A program made the position numbers and the translations under genes. A stretch of 64,000 nucleotides of DNA from Gemmatimonadota bacterium (lineage in GTDB: Bacteria; JBHIER01; G020348925): assembly GCA_020348925.1 (NCBI GenBank), contig CP070758.1, positions 4,293,688 to 4,357,687 of the forward strand, in the 5' to 3' direction. The first letter of the stretch is position 1. The number at the start of each line of letters is the position of its first letter. Of this stretch, positions 40,471 through 51,698 are shown piece after piece. Under the pieces are notes generated by a model that did no database searches, was not told where the DNA came from, and saw nothing but the letters and a program-made list of their open reading frames with translations.

Positions 40471-41931
40471 TTAGGTTTCGCAACTTGCTGTTTCCAAAAT
40501 AATATTCACAATACACATCACATCCAAAATATTCACCTCATCATCATCAAAACAGTCTGCCATAGAAAATTCGGTAAGATTTGGTTTATGTGCATCTAAC
40601 ATAATATTTATAGTGAAGATTAAATCAATCACATTCACATCTTCATCTCCATTCACATCGCCTTGTGAGAGAACACTGAATATTCCATCAACAGGCACCG
40701 TCAGGAGATGATGGCCCGGGGGATCCCCTAATTCAGCACCAAAAAAATCCAAGTTATATTCACCAAGTGGTGCATCATCGGCAACATCAAAGTAAATTTC
40801 ACAAACCGATCCTGTGTCAGGCCAGATCATTTGTAGATTGTTTCCTAATCTTCCATTCATGGGACCGCCATGGCAGTCCCATGCAACCAAACGAATTCCC
40901 TTATCAATGGTAGACCAACTGAAACCAATGCAACTCTTAGATCTTTCAGTATGCCTCAGATTAAGTACATTCAAATTGCTCGTATCAAAATAGAGGTCAA
41001 AGAAAATTACTGCCAATTGGGTATCGTTTTCGATATGAACCTCCACCTTGTTCCCTGCACTTCCAGGAAAACCACCTCCATTCATGAAGGTTATCACCCC
41101 ATGCGGGACCGCAAAGAAACCATCAGCACCGGCGGCAGAAATATTATTTCCCGGAGTGTCAGTTAGAACGATGTTGTCAATGCCAATATTATACTCCCCA
41201 TAGGTAGTACCCTCAGCCACAATCAGTATCACATCACAGATAGGGCCACTCCTGAGCCCCAAAACTTCCGGCCCTGTGGTTTTGAACAACCTTATCCCAC
41301 TACCTATAGCACTCCAACTGAACTCCCATTGAGCGTAATCCGTAGGCAGAACGTCCACTACTGTCAAAACATCGGTGTCATATTTAAGATTGAATTCACA
41401 CCCGGAAGCATTCTGATCGCTCTTCAACTCAATTGGAACTTTCCTTTCCATCCCCCCGCTAATTCCTCCTCTAAATTCGGATGATAGGACAGCATTATTA
41501 ACAGAAAACACGCCATCCTCAGCAAGAACAGTGAGAGTGTCAGGATTAATATAGAAATCATAAATTTTGAATGGGTACTCACCAACAGATGCGTTCGCAG
41601 CAACATCGATAATGATATTCGCAAAAATTCCTAATCCGAGGCTACCCCCTGTCTGAAAATAAATCCCATCATCTTTTATCTCCCAATAGCATCTACCCCT
41701 CTCACCATACGTTACTTCTTTTATCTGAAGTACATTTACATCAAATATGATATTAAAGTCAAAATCCCTTATGTACCTCTCATTCCTCAAATATACAGAC
41801 ACCACGTTGTCCGTACTTCCCGGCCAACCTCCTCCGCCCATAACCTTCAGATAGACATCTTGAGCATGAGCATTAATCACAAAAATGCTCACCAGAAGCC
41901 CACCCGAGAAAAGTAAAAATTTTCTTGTCAT
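40471..41931 (-). CDS. Adaptor-scaffoldin-like protein: signal peptide, 3 cohesin-like repeats, C-terminal dockerin, no CTD
   Basis: Repeats such as GGGxPGSxxNxVxVxLxN...FDLxFDxxxLxV...GEYxL...DGxFSV. Dockerin GDVNGDEDVNVID...ADCFDDDEVNILD. Confidence 0.75.
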   Translation of the reverse strand: MTRKFLLFSGGLLVSIFVINAHAQDVYLKVMGGGGWPGSTDNVVSVYLRNERYIRDFDFNIIFDVNVLQIKEVTYGERGRCYWEIKDDGIYFQTGGSLGLGIFANIIIDVAANASVGEYPFKIYDFYINPDTLTVLAEDGVFSVNNAVLSSEFRGGISGGMERKVPIELKSDQNASGCEFNLKYDTDVLTVVDVLPTDYAQWEFSWSAIGSGIRLFKTTGPEVLGLRSGPICDVILIVAEGTTYGEYNIGIDNIVLTDTPGNNISAAGADGFFAVPHGVITFMNGGGFPGSAGNKVEVHIENDTQLAVIFFDLYFDTSNLNVLNLRHTERSKSCIGFSWSTIDKGIRLVAWDCHGGPMNGRLGNNLQMIWPDTGSVCEIYFDVADDAPLGEYNLDFFGAELGDPPGHHLLTVPVDGIFSVLSQGDVNGDEDVNVIDLIFTINIMLDAHKPNLTEFSMADCFDDDEVNILDVMCIVNIILETASCET

Positions 41932-41965
41932 TTTTCAACTTTCATCTATGGGGTTTTTGCAGGAA

Positions 41966-43444
41966 TCAATTCTCAAGAACTATATTCACAATACACACAA
42001 CATCCAATATATTGATTTTATCATCATCGTTGCAGTCGGCGGCAGCAAATTCGTACACGGTGGGCTCGTAATAGCCTATAATAATATCGACAGTCGTGAT
42101 GACATCCTCGAAAGAGACGACACCATCCCCGTTCACATCTCCCTTCTCAAGAACAACGTGGAAAGTCCCGTTCACAAGAGATATATGCCGAGCAGAACCA
42201 TAGGTATCTGAATGGACATCAACATTGGACAAAAGAAGATAATACTCACCTAAAGGAGCTTCTTTCTTCACATCGAAAAATATATCAGCGATAGGACCTA
42301 TTCCTGTACCAATTGCACCAAAAGGCGCCATCACCACACGAAGACCGTTTTCAATTGATCCCCCTTGAAAAATACCGACGTTTCGAGTCCGCTCAGTTCT
42401 TTGAACATCTGATACTGATAGGTTTGCTTTATCGAAAAGAAGGTCAAACGCAACTGCATTCACATTAAAATCATTAATGAGACCCACCTGTACTAAATTC
42501 CCCGAGCTTCCCGGAAATCCTCGACCTTCTCCCACTCCCATAGACGGCCAATTGATATAGAATTCTCCTTTTTCCGCTATAGATAATACCTCATTTCCTG
42601 TGGTATCACGGACGACAATATTGTCAAGGTTCAAATCATATATACCAAACGGAGCCTCTGAAGCAATATCAAAGTATATAAAAGTTATGCGACCATTCCG
42701 TATTTCAGGGAAAAATGGAGCCGCATCTCTCATAGCCACACTTATCCCACCTTCAATAAAATTCCAGTCGAAACGTGAAAAAACTCCTGCATCCCACGAT
42801 TTTTTTGCATGATTCACTGAAAAAATCTCAGTATCATAAAGCACATCAAAATCTATCGAAGATGCTTCTACATAACTCGTGACACGTACCGACGCTCTTA
42901 CTTCTGTATTTCCTGGGCCACCCCAATACGTCTTAGGGAAAAATTCAAAGTAGAAATCGTATTCCGGAACAATAAACATTCTGCTGAAATCTGCCAATAC
43001 GATTTCATTCCCTGACATATCTTCCAGTAAAATATTTGTTAAAACTAACTCATGCTCACTTCCTCTTGGAATATCCTCTCTCACCCGAACGGAAACTTTT
43101 GCAATATAGCCGTCTCCAGATAGTAAAACTGAATCTGAACCGTTGAGATAAACACTTAACCCAGAATCCAAGCTGTCCACATCGACGGACGAAAAAACCT
43201 CACCACGCTCGTATCTTTCTGCTCCGATAACGATTAAGCTTCTCGTATCGAAAAGAAGATCAAATTGAACCGATTTAATTTCAATATTTGCATTCTGCAG
43301 CCAGATTCGAATGTCACGCGAACGGCCTGGAGAAGCGCCTCCTTTCCAAATGTGTAGCAATAATCGCTGCCCTTGAGATTGAGGAATGTTTCCAAATAGT
43401 GAGACCAGAAAAATTGCAGAAAGAAATACAGCTTTCGATTTCAT
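41966..43444 (-). CDS. Adaptor-scaffoldin-like protein: signal peptide, 3 cohesin-like repeats, C-terminal dockerin, no CTD
   Basis: Start re-assigned to MKSKAVFLSAIFL. Three ~135-aa repeats (QFDLLFD, DFDVLYD, AFDLLFD). Dockerin GDVNGDGVVSFED...ADCNDDDKINILD. Confidence 0.75.
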   Translation of the reverse strand: MKSKAVFLSAIFLVSLFGNIPQSQGQRLLLHIWKGGASPGRSRDIRIWLQNANIEIKSVQFDLLFDTRSLIVIGAERYERGEVFSSVDVDSLDSGLSVYLNGSDSVLLSGDGYIAKVSVRVREDIPRGSEHELVLTNILLEDMSGNEIVLADFSRMFIVPEYDFYFEFFPKTYWGGPGNTEVRASVRVTSYVEASSIDFDVLYDTEIFSVNHAKKSWDAGVFSRFDWNFIEGGISVAMRDAAPFFPEIRNGRITFIYFDIASEAPFGIYDLNLDNIVVRDTTGNEVLSIAEKGEFYINWPSMGVGEGRGFPGSSGNLVQVGLINDFNVNAVAFDLLFDKANLSVSDVQRTERTRNVGIFQGGSIENGLRVVMAPFGAIGTGIGPIADIFFDVKKEAPLGEYYLLLSNVDVHSDTYGSARHISLVNGTFHVVLEKGDVNGDGVVSFEDVITTVDIIIGYYEPTVYEFAAADCNDDDKINILDVVCIVNIVLEN

Positions 43445-43515
43445 ATTTGAACACCGTTTTGAATGGCAAAATGGTAAAATATAATGTTTCATAGCAACTA
43501 CTCTTTTCAACCATG

Positions 43516-43539
43516 AAAAAAGGTTCCTGACACCTTTTT
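43516..43539. repeat. Short palindrome between the scaffoldin and adaptor genes
   Basis: AAAAAAGGT-TCCTGAC-ACCTTTTT. REP-like or weak terminator/processing hairpin. Confidence 0.45.
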
Positions 43540-43544
43540 GATGG

Positions 43545-46500
43545 TCACTTCAAAAGCAACATGCGCTTCGTTTCCGACCAGCGTCCACTATCAATTGACA
43601 ACCTGTAGAAATAGACTCCACAAGGAACCTCATGTCCTCGCTCGTCCCGCCCGTCCCAGCTTACTGTATAGTATCCAGGCTTTTGATGTTTATCCAACAG
43701 AGTTTTTACCTCTTGCCCGAGAATGTTGTATATCTTCATTGTGGTGTGGACGGGTAATCCACTATCTGCTATCTGATATCTGATATCTGTACTGGGATTA
43801 AAGGGATTCGGATAATTCTGCTCAAGGGCAAACTTCTTGGGAAAAATATCGGTTACATCAACCGAAGTTCTGCCCAAAGTGCATTCTTGGTCAGGAATAT
43901 CCACCGCCCTTAGTTCATAGGTGTAAAGGCCGCTTATTTCAATGCCGTCGTCACGGAAGCGATAGACCTTCTCTTCAGATTGAGAGGTGGCTTCATAGAT
44001 TTTAACGAAATTTATCCCCTGATTTAAACTTCGATGGAGACTGAACCTGCTCAATTCATCACTTCCATTAATGGACCATTCTAAAAAAATTTTTCCAAGT
44101 TTATACTCGGCTTTGAATTGAGACAACTCAACAGCAGTCTCCTCAAGTACAGTGAACCAATTACCCTCAGGAGTTACCGCAAATTCACTTCCTGAGGGAT
44201 CGGCCAATTTCACATTGGACAACTCCATCCAGTACATTCCAGGGGAGGCATAATCGCTAATATTAAACGTAATTCGTGCTACTGGGCCTGTGCCAGCAGG
44301 AACAGTAGTACCGATACCCGTGGCCGCCAATCGGATGCCATTCGCAACTGTGCTGTGCTGAAAAATATTTAAAGATGCGCTCCGCTCTGTCTTCGCTACA
44401 TCGGTCACTTGCAACGCGTTTGTATCAAAGCTAAGGTCGAACTGCATTGCTGCGATGCTCGCATCACTATCTAAATTCATTGGTACGATTATATCTGAGC
44501 TTCCTGGTGAGCCTGAGGCCTGGCCTATGCTCAACCTCATTCCACCTGAAATGATAGTGAAAATCCCGCTTTTTGTCCTTGTAGGAATGACAGCTTTTCG
44601 GGCATCAAGAAGGGTGACATGTGATAGGGCTAAAGGATACGTTCCTCCTGCAGCATCAGATGTAACATCACAAAGCACTTCAACTATTGGTCCCTCACCT
44701 GGCTCGATTAAATTACCTTCATCATCTGAGATAGAAACCTGGATAAGGCCAGGTTCTGTTTCTTGATATTGAATGCTTTCTATATCTATCGTCCTCATTG
44801 TTAGGAGAACCTGAGCAATCAGCAAAACCGTCTGATCATATTTTAGGTCAAACTCGATGGAAGCAACTCTTTGGCCGTTGAATAGACGAATCGATACAGG
44901 GCAATCTTCAGCTCCTATAAAACCACTTCCATCCAATATATCCAACTCTGTAACAGATACGCTGAATACACCATCTCCCAGACCCATGGGAATTTCATTT
45001 CCCGCAGGATCTGTTAACTTTACATCCTCAAAAGTTATGGGCACGCCGCAGGCTGGTAATCCTTGCGTTATCTCAAAAACGATATCTGCGATAGAGCCGA
45101 TGCCCGAAGGGATCGATCCCTCGCTATGCATAACCATAGACACGCCAAATTCCCTCGAAGACCATTGGAAAATGTTTACGACATAAGATCGACTTGTTTT
45201 TCGAACTTCTTCCACTTTCAGTATTGATGTATCGAACACAATGTCCGCCTGTAATGCACTCATTTTGAGAGTATTGGAGAGAATGAGAGGCACAACGCCT
45301 TCGAATGAGGATTCTCCCATAAAAAGACTATCTCCGAGGGTGGAGAGTATGAATCCACCGTCTTCCAAAGCAACAGGTATCGCCTCGCCGACGATATCCA
45401 ACACTGAGACGGCGCTCAGACTAATTGACAGAATCGAATCTGTCTCAACTGAGATAACTCCGAAACCAAGAGAGAGAATATCTCCGAAACCTTCATCAAT
45501 GAGCAGTCCATTCACATCGGAAAGCTGGACGGAGAGAAGCCCTGGCTCCGTTTCCTGAAAAGATACGTCCGAGAATGGAGCTGTTCTCGGTGTTGGTTCT
45601 ATGCTTAAGGGGATCAGACACTCCGATTCATACTGAGCAACAAAATTGGCCTGGGACAGCAATCCGTCGTTCCACAACGAAATTCCGATCCAATTGGTAT
45701 CGCTCACAGTTCCGTATGTTCTACCGACTTTCAAAGTCGGTTCTCCAATCATGACACCACTGCCCAATACCGGAAGAGTGATATGATTGTTTTCCTGATC
45801 ATCACTGAAAATGTCAATAGTCCCCGTATATACTCCCATTCTTAGAGGCTCGAAAATGAGAGAAACCTCAATGTCCGATCCTTCTGACAGTGTTTCAGGA
45901 AATGCAGGAGAGATCACACGAAAGGTCGGATTATCCGATGTCACACTTGTAATAATCAAACTACCCGTTCCAGTATTGATGACTGAAAATGTCTTTTCGT
46001 CAGATGTACACATCTGAACATTACCAAAGTCAATTTCAGTAACCGAGAGCTCGATGTGAGGGTCCTTCCCACTTCCTGTAAGACTAACGAATACCGTATC
46101 CTCATCAGGGTCATTGCTCATTACAGTTAAGATTCCTTGTATTGGTCCAAGAGACGTGGGGGTGAAGACGACACTCACTTGAAGTTGGCTCCCCGGACGA
46201 ACAGACATCGGAAAGAGAGGAGAGACGACAGTGAAATCCGAATCGTTTGAGACCACATCAGAAATTGTTAAATCCACCTCCCCTCTGTTGCTTACAGGAA
46301 ATAACCAGTATGCTGTATCGGTCAGAGACACCTCCCCGAAATCGTATTCATACGCTGAAAGTTCAATATCGCTTATACCTATCTCGAAATTTCCATCAAA
46401 GAGAGTTACATCTACAGAGGCATCACCAGAATCCAAAACAGTCACATCGGAGAGTTGGAGAGGATACACACCCGAGTTCACTTCCATGGAGACTGTAAAA

Positions 46501-47270
46501 ATGAAATGTGCAATCGAACCGCTACCACAAGAGATGAAAGGCTCTTCATTACTCTGAATAGAAAGCCTGGCATTCCCGGGATCGAGCAGATCCCAGTCGA
46601 AATGAGCCAGATCTTGTGTTCGATCAGTGGGGAGAACATTCGTGAGGGAGAGAGCTGTTGAATCAAAATTGAGGGTGAGTGAGATTTGGGACAATGCTAT
46701 CTCACTGTAAAGGTTGAGGAAAACTACATTGCTTTCACTTCCCGGTACTCCAGAGGTTCCAAAAATCCGTAATGCATTTCCTCCCATAACAGTGAACATG
46801 CCGTCGTAGGTAATCACGGGTATTTCATTGGCCGCAGAGTCACCTATATCAACATTTAATAGAACTAAGGGATATTCTCCAGGTAATGCATATTTTTCCA
46901 CATCAAAGTAAATATCAACTATAGATCCGGTACCTGCTATAATTCCAGGCCGACACTTAACAATTGCAAGCTTCAATTGACCTGGATCTGGATCACTCCA
47001 TTCAAAGATATAAATAAAACTCGAGTCAGTTCGTTCAGTAGGTGAAATATCTGAAATCGACAGGACATTCGGATTGAAAGTTAAGTGCAACCCTATACCA
47101 GCAACCTCCCCCACTTCAGAATTATCCAACTCAATTTGGACAACATTATCTTTACTCCCCGGAATTCCAAAACCATCACCAACGGAGAGAACTGCTTGCT
47201 GTGCTCTGGTGGGGGAGATTGCCAGAGACACAACGAGTATCACCGAAGGTAACGATGCCCTCGAGTTCAT
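43545..47270 (-). CDS. Scaffoldin-like protein: signal peptide, Coh1-Coh2, 2 choice-of-anchor-D/ASH-like Ig domains, Coh3-Coh6, Ig-like domain, T9SS-A/FlgD-type CTD
   Basis: Six ~130-aa repeats (LSVGDGFGIPGSKDNVV; LRIFGTSGVPGSESNVV; LKVGRTYG; SLFMGESS..VPLILSN; LDILDGSGFIG; LSIGQASGSPGSSDIIV), mostly with FD/YD..L.V..V..TxR and G.F.V ends. Two IELSxxExDFGxV domains, AVELSQFKA, and QNYPNPFNP CTD. Confidence 0.78.
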   Translation of the reverse strand: MNSRASLPSVILVVSLAISPTRAQQAVLSVGDGFGIPGSKDNVVQIELDNSEVGEVAGIGLHLTFNPNVLSISDISPTERTDSSFIYIFEWSDPDPGQLKLAIVKCRPGIIAGTGSIVDIYFDVEKYALPGEYPLVLLNVDIGDSAANEIPVITYDGMFTVMGGNALRIFGTSGVPGSESNVVFLNLYSEIALSQISLTLNFDSTALSLTNVLPTDRTQDLAHFDWDLLDPGNARLSIQSNEEPFISCGSGSIAHFIFTVSMEVNSGVYPLQLSDVTVLDSGDASVDVTLFDGNFEIGISDIELSAYEYDFGEVSLTDTAYWLFPVSNRGEVDLTISDVVSNDSDFTVVSPLFPMSVRPGSQLQVSVVFTPTSLGPIQGILTVMSNDPDEDTVFVSLTGSGKDPHIELSVTEIDFGNVQMCTSDEKTFSVINTGTGSLIITSVTSDNPTFRVISPAFPETLSEGSDIEVSLIFEPLRMGVYTGTIDIFSDDQENNHITLPVLGSGVMIGEPTLKVGRTYGTVSDTNWIGISLWNDGLLSQANFVAQYESECLIPLSIEPTPRTAPFSDVSFQETEPGLLSVQLSDVNGLLIDEGFGDILSLGFGVISVETDSILSISLSAVSVLDIVGEAIPVALEDGGFILSTLGDSLFMGESSFEGVVPLILSNTLKMSALQADIVFDTSILKVEEVRKTSRSYVVNIFQWSSREFGVSMVMHSEGSIPSGIGSIADIVFEITQGLPACGVPITFEDVKLTDPAGNEIPMGLGDGVFSVSVTELDILDGSGFIGAEDCPVSIRLFNGQRVASIEFDLKYDQTVLLIAQVLLTMRTIDIESIQYQETEPGLIQVSISDDEGNLIEPGEGPIVEVLCDVTSDAAGGTYPLALSHVTLLDARKAVIPTRTKSGIFTIISGGMRLSIGQASGSPGSSDIIVPMNLDSDASIAAMQFDLSFDTNALQVTDVAKTERSASLNIFQHSTVANGIRLAATGIGTTVPAGTGPVARITFNISDYASPGMYWMELSNVKLADPSGSEFAVTPEGNWFTVLEETAVELSQFKAEYKLGKIFLEWSINGSDELSRFSLHRSLNQGINFVKIYEATSQSEEKVYRFRDDGIEISGLYTYELRAVDIPDQECTLGRTSVDVTDIFPKKFALEQNYPNPFNPSTDIRYQIADSGLPVHTTMKIYNILGQEVKTLLDKHQKPGYYTVSWDGRDERGHEVPCGVYFYRLSIDSGRWSETKRMLLLK

Positions 47271-47350
47271 TGTCCAACACCTCCCTGGATGGAGAAATGT
47301 GACGAAAACTTGAATCCCATATCAGGCAGAAAAATGTTACTTCCGCAGGA

Positions 47351-47398
47351 TTATGAATTAACACTGCGAGAAATTTCCATTGACTGCCAAAGAGTCAT
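47351..47398 (-). other. 15-aa upstream ORF with a perfect SD in the scaffoldin leader
   Basis: AGGAGG-N7-ATG, reading MTLWQSMEISRSVNS*, between the promoter and the scaffoldin start. Confidence 0.35.
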
Positions 47399-47438
47399 TG
47401 GGCAACCTCCTTTTTATTTGGGAATGATTTTCAAAAAT

Positions 47439-47467
47439 AGTATAGTCAAAGGATAACGCCCTGTCAA
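47439..47467 (-). promoter_or_regulatory. Strong sigma70 promoter for the cohesin operon
   Basis: TTGACA-N17-TATACT on the minus strand, just downstream of the clpB terminator. Confidence 0.75.
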
Positions 47468-47484
47468 GCTCAATTTTTGTGCAG

Positions 47485-47520
47485 AAAAAAGCCGCTGCAC
47501 CCCAATAGGATACAGCGGCT
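47485..47520 (-). terminator. Intrinsic terminator of the clpB operon
   Basis: Minus strand AGCCGCTGTATCC...GGGTGCAGCGGCT followed by a T-run. Confidence 0.8.
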
Positions 47521-47544
47521 CTATCATTATATGGATCTATTTCA

Positions 47545-50184
<2,640 letters not shown>

Positions 50185-50216
50185 TCTCGTAATACCTCCA
50201 GTGTATGTCCACAGGT

Positions 50217-50337
50217 AGTTAGCTCCCTTTGGTCGCTAACTTCTCCAGAGGGTCTCACCGACCCTCTGGCGCTTCGCGATCCTCCGCATACTCGGATCGC
50301 TCCGCTGTTACCCTTGAAGGGGGTCTGCCCCCTTCAA
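50217..50337 (-). other. Four consecutive hairpins in the clpB 5' leader
   Basis: Stems AGTTAGC/GCTAACT, CCAGAGGGTC/GACCCTCTGG, GCGATCC/GGATCGC and TTGAAGGGGG/CCCCCTTCAA. Confidence 0.6.
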
Positions 50338-50474
50338 ACTACCCCCGCTGTTTGGAAATTTGTAGAACTTCCAAACGGTCAAGGCCGGCGAAAAAAATGG
50401 GAGCGTATCCCCCTGCTCCCAATCTCCTCTTGCCGTTCAGCCGTCTCGGCCATATGGCAGTCGATTTTCCGCGT

Positions 50475-50747
50475 CTATTCTTTTTTCGACTCCGCCTTCT
50501 CTTTCATCTCTTTCGTCTCCCCTTTTGACTCACCCTTGTCGGCCTTCTCGGCCTTCTTGTAGCTTTCGCTCCGGTAGTCAGTGACGTAAAACCCCGATCC
50601 TCTGAACAGAAATCCGGCTCCGCCACTAATCAGCCGATGCACACGCCCCCCGCACTGGGGACATCGGCTCAGGGGTTTTTCAGAGATGTTCTGAAACTCC
50701 TCAAACCGGTATTGGCACTTCTTGCATTTATATTCGTATGTCGGCAT
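50475..50747 (-). CDS. FmdB-family zinc-ribbon protein
   Basis: MPTYEYKCKKC...CPQCGG...FRGSGFYVTDY. Confidence 0.92.
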   Translation of the reverse strand: MPTYEYKCKKCQYRFEEFQNISEKPLSRCPQCGGRVHRLISGGAGFLFRGSGFYVTDYRSESYKKAEKADKGESKGETKEMKEKAESKKE

Positions 50748-50780
50748 ACACGACTTCCTCCTTCAAACACCCGGGAGCCA

Positions 50781-51644
50781 CTATGTGAGATGGCTCTTCA
50801 ATCTCCGGCTCCGCGATGCATGTCTGAGACGGCGAATGGCCCTGACCTTGATCTGTCTGGCCCGTTCTCTGGAGACACCGTATTTGTCGCCGATCTCTTT
50901 CAGAGTGTATGTCTTGTTCGTTCCAATTCCAAAATAGAGTCTGAGCGTTTCCGCCTCTCGGGGCGTCAGGGTCTTCAATGCTTCATTGATGGCTTTGAGT
51001 CGAGACTCCGAGAGAAGATCCGTATCCGGGGCCAGCTGGCCCTCGTCCTCGAGAACCTCATGCAGATCTCGATCCCCATCACTGGGAAAAGGCGCATCCA
51101 TGGAAGCATGTTTCGAAGAGAGGCTGAGTGTCTCCAGCACCTCTCCGTCGCCCATCTCCAAATGCTGGGCAATCTCCACTGCAGTCGGCGGCCGCTCCAG
51201 CTCTTGCTCGAGAGCACCGGATATCTTCCCAATCTTATGGAGTGCATTAATGCGGTTGATGGGAAGACGGACAACCCGCGTCTGATCCGCCAGGGCCTGG
51301 GTAATGGCCTGCCGGATCCACCAGACAGCATAGGAAATGAATTTAAACCCTTTGGTCTCATCGAACTTCTTCGCTGCCTTAATAAGACCGAGATTTCCCT
51401 CGTTGATGAGATCCAAGAGCGGCAATCCCTGCCCCTTGTATTCAACCGCGACGCTCACGACAAAACGGAGGTTCGATTTGACCAATGTGTCGAGGGCGTC
51501 CTGCTTACCCTTCCGTATCTTCTTCGCCAACTGAACCTCCTGCTCGGCCGTCAGCAGTGGAATGTTGCTGATCTCTTTCAAATAGAGCGCCAGGTGCTCA
51601 TCTTCGACGGACAACGGTCCTTTTCTGTCAGAAAAATCTGCCAT
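50781..51644 (-). CDS. RpoD/SigA-family sigma70 factor lacking region 1.1
   Basis: Motifs LYLKEI, NLRFVVSVA, DLINEGNLGLIKAA, KFISYAVWWIRQAI and TLKEIG...SRERARQI. Confidence 0.95.
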   Translation of the reverse strand: MADFSDRKGPLSVEDEHLALYLKEISNIPLLTAEQEVQLAKKIRKGKQDALDTLVKSNLRFVVSVAVEYKGQGLPLLDLINEGNLGLIKAAKKFDETKGFKFISYAVWWIRQAITQALADQTRVVRLPINRINALHKIGKISGALEQELERPPTAVEIAQHLEMGDGEVLETLSLSSKHASMDAPFPSDGDRDLHEVLEDEGQLAPDTDLLSESRLKAINEALKTLTPREAETLRLYFGIGTNKTYTLKEIGDKYGVSRERARQIKVRAIRRLRHASRSRRLKSHLT

Positions 51645-51698
51645 CTCAGCACTCGCCTCCTTGACTGTGCGAATTATTCGACTACTTTGTAGTCGATA

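Noticed and set aside
51646-51673. CIRCE-like sequence upstream of the sigma gene (TCAGCACTC...CTGTGCGAA)
   Set aside because: The spacer is 10 nt rather than 9, and the right arm matches only 6/9. A half site near hsp20 also lacks a partner.
50637-51692. 351-aa plus-strand ORF
   Set aside because: It is antisense to the sigma factor and fmdB genes (shadow ORF).
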